Of a DNA stretch of 46,822 nt, positions 1 to 6,923 are shown piece by piece; the first letter of the stretch is position 1, and each line of letters begins with the position of its first letter. Origin of the DNA: Candidatus Limnocylindria bacterium (GTDB taxonomy: Bacteria > Chloroflexota > Limnocylindria > QHBO01); NCBI GenBank assembly GCA_046261895.1, contig JBHENV010000116.1, positions 1 to 46,822 of the forward strand, written 5' to 3'. Both the position numbers and the translations under genes were made by a program. The notes beneath the pieces are model-generated. The model saw nothing but the letters and a program-made list of their open reading frames with translations, searched no databases and was not told where the DNA came from.

Positions 1-156
1 CAACCGATCGACGGGGCGCGCCGGATCGCGTCGGTCTCCGACAACCCGCAGTTCCGCGAGCTGGTCGGACGGTGGGAGGCCGATGCCGACCGCCGGGACG
101 CCATCAACGAAGAGATCAAGCACGCTGCCGTCGAGCTGTTCGGCGAGGAGGAGTGA
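1..156 (+). CDS. 3' end of an upstream CDS cut by the window edge; product not identifiable
   Basis: Frame 1 is open from base 1 with G/C-rich third codon positions. It ends ...HAAVELFGEEE then TGA 154-156. The stop overlaps the ATG at 156 of the next gene (TGATG), suggesting translational coupling. Confidence 0.45.
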   Translation, partial: QPIDGARRIASVSDNPQFRELVGRWEADADRRDAINEEIKHAAVELFGEEE

Positions 157-1136
157 TGCCGACGCACGAGATCCGATACGGAAAGGCGAATGTCAAGGTG
201 TATCGCACGCATGCCGAGCCGCTGACCGGCATCACGCCGATCCCCGAATCGCCGTTCACCGGCCGCGACAACACGCTGATCGCCGCGGAGATCGAGGTGG
301 TCGTCCGCGGTGAAGCCTTCCTGGACGCCTACACCAAGGGCGACAACCGGCTGGTGGTCGCCACCGACACAATGAAGAACTTCATCCATGCGGTCTCGCT
401 GCGCGCCCGCGCGCGCACGCTCGAGGAGTGGCTGCTCGAGGTCGGCACGGCATTCCTGGACACCTACCCGCACATGGAGCGCCTCACCATGCTCGGCCGG
501 GACCTGCCCTTTCCGGCTGCCCTGGTTCCCGGCACAGATGGCTTCGAGGCCTCGGACCGCCTCTTCAGCCGGGACCGGTGCGATTACGGGACAGCCATCC
601 TTGACCTTGCTCGGGCCGACGACGGATCGGTCCAGATCACCGATCACGAGTCAGGTCGGCGCGAGCTCCAGCTCATCAAGATCACGGGCTCCGCCTTCGC
701 CGACTTCGCGCGGGACGAGCACACCACGCTTCCCGAGCGCCCCGACCGTCCGCTCTACATCTGGTGCGATATCGGCTGGCGCTATGCCGATTCGGCACAC
801 GCCGTGCTGGCCGACCCCCGGCGCTACATCGCCGCCGAGCAGGTCGCGGACCTTGCCAACGCCATCTACCACGAGTTCCTCAGCCTCTCGATTCAGCACC
901 TTGTCAACGAGATCGGCATGCGCATGCTCGATCGATGGCCGCAGCTGGCGGAGGTCAGCTTCGATACCCAGAACCGCCTCTGGGATCTCGTGGCGAAGTC
1001 GGAAGAGGACCCGAGGGTGAAGACCTACTCCGATCCGCGCCCGCCGTTCGGGCACATCGGCCTCGTGCTCAAGCGGGACCGAGCACAGAAGACGGCCCCG
1101 GCGCCTGTCAGCACCGGGGCCGCAGAGAGCAGCTAG
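156..1136 (+). CDS. urate oxidase (uricase)
   Basis: 326 aa from ATG 156: MPTHEIRYGKANVKVYRTH..., VVATDTMKNFIH, typical uricase N-terminus and length. The ORF-track start at 72 adds an Arg-rich extension that overlaps the upstream CDS, so it was rejected. Confidence 0.88.
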   Translation: MPTHEIRYGKANVKVYRTHAEPLTGITPIPESPFTGRDNTLIAAEIEVVVRGEAFLDAYTKGDNRLVVATDTMKNFIHAVSLRARARTLEEWLLEVGTAFLDTYPHMERLTMLGRDLPFPAALVPGTDGFEASDRLFSRDRCDYGTAILDLARADDGSVQITDHESGRRELQLIKITGSAFADFARDEHTTLPERPDRPLYIWCDIGWRYADSAHAVLADPRRYIAAEQVADLANAIYHEFLSLSIQHLVNEIGMRMLDRWPQLAEVSFDTQNRLWDLVAKSEEDPRVKTYSDPRPPFGHIGLVLKRDRAQKTAPAPVSTGAAESS

Positions 1137-1588
1137 TCGCCCAGCTGTCCCCGGATAGCGCCGCCGGGGTACGTGGCGTTGTGCACGTTCACGTAGTACT
1201 CGGTCGGATTTGCACGGATATCGGCGGCAACATCCTCGGCCGCATTGGCGCAGTAGGTCAGCCGGTTGCCCTGCCGCGTGGCCAGGTCGATCCGAAGATC
1301 AACGACGACGCCACCGGCCACCCCAGCCGGTGCCTCATGGATGTGCGCCGCGGTCGGCGCCTCGATGCCCTGGACCTTGAGCGAATAGCAGACGAGCCCG
1401 GCGTTGTAGACGTCCAGGCTGACGAAGCCCTTGCCGTTCGGGTCGCCGGGGCCCGGTGCTTCCTCGGCGCCGCTCAACGAGGTCGTGAACGAGCCGAAGT
1501 GATTGGCCGAGACGGTGCCGACGACGAGCAGGATGCCCAGCGAGGCGACGAGGATGGCGAGCGAGAGGGTGCTGAAACGACGTGCCAT
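1133..1588 (-). CDS. secreted CHRD domain-containing protein
   Basis: N-terminal signal/anchor MARRFSTLSLAILVASLGILLVVG. CHRD-like pattern LSGAEEAP...GKGFVSLDV...PTAAHIHEAPAGVAGGVVVDL...YYVNVHN..YPGGAIRGQL. Its stop shares the tetranucleotide CTAG (1133-1136) with the uricase stop. Confidence 0.8.
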   Translation of the reverse strand: MARRFSTLSLAILVASLGILLVVGTVSANHFGSFTTSLSGAEEAPGPGDPNGKGFVSLDVYNAGLVCYSLKVQGIEAPTAAHIHEAPAGVAGGVVVDLRIDLATRQGNRLTYCANAAEDVAADIRANPTEYYVNVHNATYPGGAIRGQLGD

Positions 1589-1694
1589 TGATGCTCCTCA
1601 GTGGTGGCTAGCGGAGCCGTCCAGAACGGTCCGACCTAATGGAGCAGGTACGACGGATCGGGGGTCCGCGCATCAATGAGTCCCGGATGGATGC

Positions 1695-2141
1695 TCACGC
1701 ACCCTGAACTCCGATCATCGCCGGGTGGTCGATCGCCGGGCAGCGGTTCATGACGACCTGGAGGCCGGCATCGACCGCAAGCTGCGCGGCCTCCTCGTTC
1801 CACACCTCGAGCTGCATCCAGACCGCCTTCGCGCCAATGGCGATCGCCTCCTCGACGTGCGGGAGGACGAGCTCGGAGCGTCGGAAGATGTCGACCACCT
1901 CGATCGGCGCCCCAGGGTCGGTCGGCACGGAGCGCAGATCCGGGTACGCGAGCTTGCCGTGGATCAACGTCTCGTTCGGGTTGACCGGGACGACGCCGTA
2001 GCCCTGGCTGAGCAGGTAGCGCGAGACGCCATGCGACGCGCGCCACGGATGCGACGAGCAGCCGACCACCGCCCAGACGCGGTACGAGCGCAGGATGTGC
2101 TCGGCGACCGTCGGATCGGTCCAGTTTCGGGCCGGGCTCAT
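1695..2141 (-). CDS. CoA-binding domain protein (YccU/YneT-like)
   Basis: 148 aa: ILRSYRVWAVVGCSSHPWRASHGVSRYLLSQGYGVVPVNP...IEVVDIFRR...AIGAKAVWMQLEV. Its ATG overlaps the ruvA stop (ATGA at 2138-2141). Confidence 0.8.
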   Translation of the reverse strand: MSPARNWTDPTVAEHILRSYRVWAVVGCSSHPWRASHGVSRYLLSQGYGVVPVNPNETLIHGKLAYPDLRSVPTDPGAPIEVVDIFRRSELVLPHVEEAIAIGAKAVWMQLEVWNEEAAQLAVDAGLQVVMNRCPAIDHPAMIGVQGA

Positions 2142-2713
2142 CGCGACCGAGCGAGCTCCTGCAGCGCTGCCTTGATGCGCACGTCGAGCTCTCCGGCCGT
2201 CCCGGCCACCGCCCCCGCCGCGCGGCGCGCCTCCGCAGCGGAGTAACCGAGCGACTCCAGCGCCGCGACCACGTCGGAATCGGTCGATGTTGCACCCCCG
2301 GCCGCGATGCCAGCCGCGTGCACCTTCTCCTTCAGCTCGAGGATGATGCGCTGTGCCGTCTTGCGGCCGACCCCGGACACGCTGGTGAACAGGTCGGCGT
2401 CGTCGGTGACGACGGCGAGCTGGAGCTTCCTCACCGCATGCGCCGCCGTGATCGCCAGCGCCAGACGTGGCCCGACCTGCGAGACGGTGATCAGCAGCTC
2501 GAAGAAGACGAGCTCCTCGGTCGTCGCGAAGCCGAAGAGCGTCTCCTGGTCCTCGCGCACGAGGTGGTGTGTATGGACCGATGCCTCGCGTCCCACCCGC
2601 AGCTTCGCGAGCAACGCCGCCCCGGCAACGACGCGGTAGCCGATCCCGGCCACCTCGACGAGGGCGAAGTCCGGGCCGATGTGCGTAACCGGACCCCGAA
2701 TCGAGCCGATCAA
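2138..2713 (-). CDS. ruvA: Holliday junction branch migration complex subunit RuvA
   Basis: 191 aa: MIGSIRGPV...[12 protein letters not shown]...[12 protein letters not shown]....[22 protein letters not shown]...[18 protein letters not shown]. Classic RuvA OB plus HhH motifs. Confidence 0.95.
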   Translation of the reverse strand: MIGSIRGPVTHIGPDFALVEVAGIGYRVVAGAALLAKLRVGREASVHTHHLVREDQETLFGFATTEELVFFELLITVSQVGPRLALAITAAHAVRKLQLAVVTDDADLFTSVSGVGRKTAQRIILELKEKVHAAGIAAGGATSTDSDVVAALESLGYSAAEARRAAGAVAGTAGELDVRIKAALQELARSR

Positions 2714-3203
2714 CCGATCACCCCTTTCGGCGCGGACACCGCGCGGTACGCACAGCCGATGGCGATCGCGAGCGCATCGGTGGCGTCGTCCGGCACGCCG
2801 GCCAGCGACACGCCGAGCAGGCGCTGGACCATGGACGCCACCTGGGCCTTGTCCGCGGACCCGTTGCCACAGATCGTCTGCTTCACCTCGTTGGGAGCCG
2901 GCTCGTCGATCGGCACGTCGGCCTCGGCGGCGGCCAGCAGGGCGACGCCCCGGGCCTGCCGACCGCCATTGCCGTCTGCACGTTGCGCTGAAAGAAGAGC
3001 CGCTCGATGCCGACGCGCTCCGGGCGATGCTCGGCGATCAGCGTCCGGAGCGCCCCGAGCAGCTGGCGGAGGCGCTCGGCGTCGGTTGCCTGGGATGGCG
3101 TGCGGATACAACCGGCGTCGATCATTCGGACGGTGCCGTCCCGAAGCTCGACCACCCCGAATCCGCAGACGGCGGTCCCAGGGTCGATGCCGAGCGTGAT
3201 CAT
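2710..3203 (-). pseudogene. ruvC: crossover junction endodeoxyribonuclease RuvC, reading frame broken by an apparent single-base deletion
   Basis: The N-terminal part ([19 protein letters not shown]...[20 protein letters not shown]) is in one frame. The C-terminal part ([47 protein letters not shown]...[13 protein letters not shown]) is in another. The junction is at about 2957-2960, where minus-strand gtcggcaggcccgg would read GQARG if it were gtcggcCaggcccgg. Confidence 0.85.
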
Positions 3204-3253
3204 GGTGGTCGCATGGTAGCGGCAGGTTGCGGAAGGAAGCGTCCTCTAGTGAC

Positions 3254-3282
3254 TTGACACTGATCTATGGATCTCGTACGAT
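3254..3282 (+). promoter_or_regulatory. sigma-70-type promoter candidate: TTGACA - 17 nt - TACGAT
   Basis: TTGACA at 3254-3259, a 17-nt spacer, TACGAT at 3277-3282. It lies in a locally lower-GC stretch upstream of the small ORF and the ArsR-type gene. Confidence 0.5.
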
Positions 3283-3346
3283 GCCTCTCGGGTTCGATGA
3301 TCATCGGACAGATATGGAAATCTCGGACGAAGGGACGGATAGAACA

Positions 3347-3556
3347 ATGATGCTCCTGCCCAGCCCTGGCGTCCTCGACTTACTGATTCGGGATCGCCAG
3401 ACCACCCTGCGGACCTCGCCATCGAGAGCCGGCACCGTAACGGTCGCCGGCCTGCGTGTCCGCCTCGGGCATGCACTGATCGTGGCCGGAACGTCGCTGA
3501 GCGGCGAGCGGGTCGAGCAGCCCGCTCGCCCTGCGGCGCTCCAGCGCGCCGCCTGA
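3347..3556 (+). CDS. small hypothetical protein (69 aa), weakly supported
   Basis: ATG 3347 is preceded by a purine-rich gaagggacggatagaaca. Sequence: MMLLPSPGVLDLLIRDRQTTL...LRVRLGHALIVAGTSLSGER... Earlier ATGs in the same ORF overlap the putative promoter. No recognisable family. Confidence 0.3.
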   Translation: MMLLPSPGVLDLLIRDRQTTLRTSPSRAGTVTVAGLRVRLGHALIVAGTSLSGERVEQPARPAALQRAA

Positions 3557-3582
3557 CCGTCCGTTCGAACTAGGTACGACGA

Positions 3583-4719
3583 TTGGCTCCCACGCGTCGT
3601 CCCGACAGCGCGCCAGCGGTGACCATCGAGGTCTCCCCCGCGTATGAGCTGCTCGAGTCCCTTGTCACGTGCTTCAACGAGGACGAGTCGGACACGTACG
3701 AGATCGGTGTCGAGTGGATCGCCGAGGCCCGCCGCCGTGCCGGCGACGATCTCCTCGCGCGGATCAGGGCCGTATCACACGGCAACCCGGACACGTTCAT
3801 CCATCTCGCTGGACTCGCATACGACACGCCTGCCCCGCGCGACCTTCCCGCGTTCTTCGCTCACCTGCGCAGCACGGCTGCGGACGAGATCCGCCTTCAC
3901 CTCGTCCAGTTCTACGCGCGCGACATCCGCCGCCTGACGCCACCTGACGTCATCCGTGCCGCCGTCGGCGGCGATGCGGGGGCGACGGCCGAATTCCTCC
4001 GAACCTCGCATCCCGACTGGGAGCCATGGACCGATTACCTGCGCAGCATCCTCGACGCCGACGGCGAGGAGCTGAAGACCGAGCTGATCGATGTCCTCGA
4101 GGGATCGGCCGATCGCGTCTTCAAGCCCGAGTCGCTGACGATCATGCCGATCATCGAGCGTGACGCCGAGGCGAAGCGCGACCTCGCGCGCGACCTGCCG
4201 CTGGACCAGTTCATCACCGCCGCCACGAACGGCGTCGAGTTCACGCCGCGCACCGGGGTCGACCGCGTCGTCATGGTCCCGAGCTTCGTGAACCGACCGC
4301 TCGTCTCGTCCCTCGAGGTCAGCGAGGTGATGCTGATCCTCTACCCGGTCGCCGACGAGAGCATCTCCGCCGACAGCGACACCCCCCCGCTGCGCCTGGT
4401 GCGGCTCTCGAAGGCGCTCGGGGACGAGAAGCGGCTACGCATCCTGCGGGCCCTGGCCGACGGCGAGAAGTCGCTCATGGAGCTAGCTGACGCGTTCGGC
4501 GTGGCGAAGACGACCATGCACCACCACATGATCACCCTGCGCTCGGCGGGCCTCATCTCGGTCGTCGTCGGCTCGAAGCGCTATCGCCTGCGGCACGAGA
4601 CGGTCCCGGACGTCGGCGCATTACTGAGCGGGTACCTGGGCGCCGTGACAGGTCCCTCCATCTCGACCGGGCCACCCGCACGTCGCCGACGGCGCGCCAC
4701 CACCGGAACCGAGGGCTGA
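3583..4719 (+). CDS. ArsR/SmtB-family winged-helix regulator with a long N-terminal domain (DUF5937-like architecture)
   Basis: C-terminal LRLVRLSKALGDEKRLRILRALADGEKSLMELADAFGVAKTTMHHHMITLRSAGLI is an ArsR HTH. About 280 aa of N-terminal domain precede it. The start is uncertain (TTG 3583 or GTG 3619). Confidence 0.8.
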   Translation: MAPTRRPDSAPAVTIEVSPAYELLESLVTCFNEDESDTYEIGVEWIAEARRRAGDDLLARIRAVSHGNPDTFIHLAGLAYDTPAPRDLPAFFAHLRSTAADEIRLHLVQFYARDIRRLTPPDVIRAAVGGDAGATAEFLRTSHPDWEPWTDYLRSILDADGEELKTELIDVLEGSADRVFKPESLTIMPIIERDAEAKRDLARDLPLDQFITAATNGVEFTPRTGVDRVVMVPSFVNRPLVSSLEVSEVMLILYPVADESISADSDTPPLRLVRLSKALGDEKRLRILRALADGEKSLMELADAFGVAKTTMHHHMITLRSAGLISVVVGSKRYRLRHETVPDVGALLSGYLGAVTGPSISTGPPARRRRRATTGTEG

Positions 4720-4766
4720 GCGCCTCGAGCTCGTTGCCTGGGGCCGCCTATTCATCCTTCTGCATT

Positions 4767-4783
4767 CGCCAACCAGGTTGGCG
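4767..4783. repeat. 17-bp perfect palindrome CGCCAACCAGGTTGGCG in a convergent intergenic region
   Basis: Read directly from the sequence. It lies between the ArsR-type gene stop (4719) and the yebC stop (4936). It could be an operator or a short hairpin. Confidence 0.4.
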
Positions 4784-4935
4784 CTAACCAAGCGCGATTC
4801 GCTCACGTTCCCACGTGGGTGGTGATACGGGAACCTGCCACCGCCACTGAGCGTGGGCCGACGCCGAGAGAGCCCGTTGTCCTGGATAGCGGCAATACGG
4901 TTGGCGTATGCGAGAACCCCTCCGGCCAGGCACGC

Positions 4936-5694
4936 TTACGCGACCTGGGCCTCGAGCCGCTCCATGAGGGCGTCGGGAATGTCGAAGTTGGCGTACACGT
5001 TCTGGACGTCATCGAGATCCTCGAGCCGCTCCATGAACTGAAGCACCTGCCTGGCGGTCTTCTCGTCGCCGATCTCCACCCTCGTCGTCGGCTCCATCGA
5101 GAGCTCGGCCGTGGCGGCCTCCAGCCCGCCCTGGGCCAGCGTGCGACGCACCGACTCGAGATCGGCCGGTTCGGTCGTCACGATGATCGCGCCTGCGTTC
5201 GGCGAGCCCACGTCCGACGCGCCGGCGTCAATCGCCGCCATGGTCACGTCGTCGGGATCGCTGCCGTTGAGGGGAAGGCTGATCAGGCCCCTCTGCTCGA
5301 ACTGCCAGGCCACGGTGGAGAGAGCGCCGCCCGACTTGCTGAACACGCTCCGGATCTCGGATGCGGTCCGATTCCGGTTATCGGTCATGGCTGCCACGAT
5401 CACCGCCACGTTTCCAGGACCGAGGCCCTCGTAGGTGACCTCCTCGTACTGCTCGGCGTCGGCCCCGCTGCCGGTCGCGCGCTCGACGGCTCGCTTGATG
5501 TTCTCCGCCGGCATCGAGTTGGCCTTGGCCTTGTCTACCGCCATCCGAAGCCGATAGTTGGCGTCCTGGTCAGGCCCACCCTGTCGTGCCGCGGTGATGA
5601 TCTCGCGTGCCAGCTTCGTGAAGAGCGCGCCGCGCTTCGCGTCGTTCGCGCCCTTCTGCCGCTTGATCTGGGACCACTTGCTGTGGCCTGACAT
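4936..5694 (-). CDS. yebC: YebC/PmpR family DNA-binding transcriptional regulator
   Basis: 252 aa from ATG 5694: MSGHSKWSQIKRQKGANDAKRGALFTKLAREIITAAR.GGPD...N.RLR.AVDKAKANSMP.ENI.RAV. Hallmark YebC N-terminus. Confidence 0.95.
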   Translation of the reverse strand: MSGHSKWSQIKRQKGANDAKRGALFTKLAREIITAARQGGPDQDANYRLRMAVDKAKANSMPAENIKRAVERATGSGADAEQYEEVTYEGLGPGNVAVIVAAMTDNRNRTASEIRSVFSKSGGALSTVAWQFEQRGLISLPLNGSDPDDVTMAAIDAGASDVGSPNAGAIIVTTEPADLESVRRTLAQGGLEAATAELSMEPTTRVEIGDEKTARQVLQFMERLEDLDDVQNVYANFDIPDALMERLEAQVA

Positions 5695-5764
5695 CGACCC
5701 TCCTGCCGCGCCCCATGCGGGCGACTCGTGCTCAATTGTGAGCCCCGATTCTACTCTCGAGCAT

Positions 5765-6751
5765 TCAATCCCGGCGGAAGCGCTCCCCCAGCGGCGCCAG
5801 GACGGCTCGGTCGAGGCTCCAGCGCCCACCGCCGAGGATGACGAGCATCGAAGAGAGACCGAAGAGGCCGACGTGCGCGATGACGGGGTCATCGGGCAGG
5901 GCGAACAACGCCAGAGTCAGCACGGCGAACCCGACGATGGCGCTGAAGCGGGTCAGCACGCCGAGGATGATGGCAACCCCCAGCGTGGTCTCGATCAGGA
6001 TCGCGCCGAGCACCCAAAGCTCCGGCGCCACCGGAACGATTGAGGAAAGCTGGTACCGGTCGACGGCGGCCAGCGCCTGGTCGTAGATGAGGAGCTTGTC
6101 CACGATCCCCGACGCGGCGAAGGCGCCCCCCAGGCCGAGCCGGACAAGGAGCGGCACCGTATCGTCGTACTGGCCGGCCGCGAAGTTCGCCGTGGCCGCG
6201 CGCGCGCCCGGACCGCCCGGGAAGGCGGCGCGCAGCAGGTCGTCCAGGCTGGGCCGTCCAGGTCCGAGGATCGCGGCCACCCCCAGGGCACCGGCCACAT
6301 CAAGCATCATCACGAGGTCCGAATGGGCGATGAACGTGACGAGATAGGCGCCGAGCGCGACGAGCGCCGCCGGCCGCACGGCCAGCCCCAGCAGCAGAAG
6401 GAAGCCGGTGCCGGTCAGAAGCACGGCGAACAGTCCGCCGGCGTCGAGCGTGGGAAGGAACCGCACCCGCGAGAGCCCGGAGCCAATCAGGACGAGCCCC
6501 ACCGACAGCCGGACGATCCACGGCAGGTATTCGCGGTAGCCGAGGGCCCGTTCGATGAAGCGTGCGCGCGCCCCCTCCATCGGCCGCCATCGGGCCCAGG
6601 CGAGGAGGGCGATGACCACAACGAGCAGTCCGATTGCGAGCAGCAGGAGCGAACCGGGCTGAGCGATCGCGTCGAGCAGGAAGCCGATTGGGTCGGATGA
6701 ACCGCCCGGGTCGGTGACGTAGTCGACGTGGGCGCTGGAGAGTCGGTCCAT
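5765..6751 (-). CDS. polytopic membrane protein, DoxX-like
   Basis: 328 aa with many hydrophobic helices (LLLLAIGLLVVVIALLAW, LSVGLVLIGSGLSRV, VRLGLGGAFAASGIVDKL, VGLFGLSSMLVILGGG). The pattern resembles tandem DoxX-type domains. The family call is tentative. Confidence 0.5.
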   Translation of the reverse strand: MDRLSSAHVDYVTDPGGSSDPIGFLLDAIAQPGSLLLLAIGLLVVVIALLAWARWRPMEGARARFIERALGYREYLPWIVRLSVGLVLIGSGLSRVRFLPTLDAGGLFAVLLTGTGFLLLLGLAVRPAALVALGAYLVTFIAHSDLVMMLDVAGALGVAAILGPGRPSLDDLLRAAFPGGPGARAATANFAAGQYDDTVPLLVRLGLGGAFAASGIVDKLLIYDQALAAVDRYQLSSIVPVAPELWVLGAILIETTLGVAIILGVLTRFSAIVGFAVLTLALFALPDDPVIAHVGLFGLSSMLVILGGGRWSLDRAVLAPLGERFRRD

Positions 6752-6923
6752 CTCGACCCATTGTCCCGCATCCGGCGTGCGGACTGGCTTGCCACCAATG
6801 ACCGGCAGCGATCGAATGACCGCGGCCGCCTCCTATAATGGCGCTCCACTCCCGGCCTCCGACCGCTCGAGGCGGACTCCATCGGCCTCGGCGACTCCGG
6901 CACTGCACGCGCAAGGAGCACCG

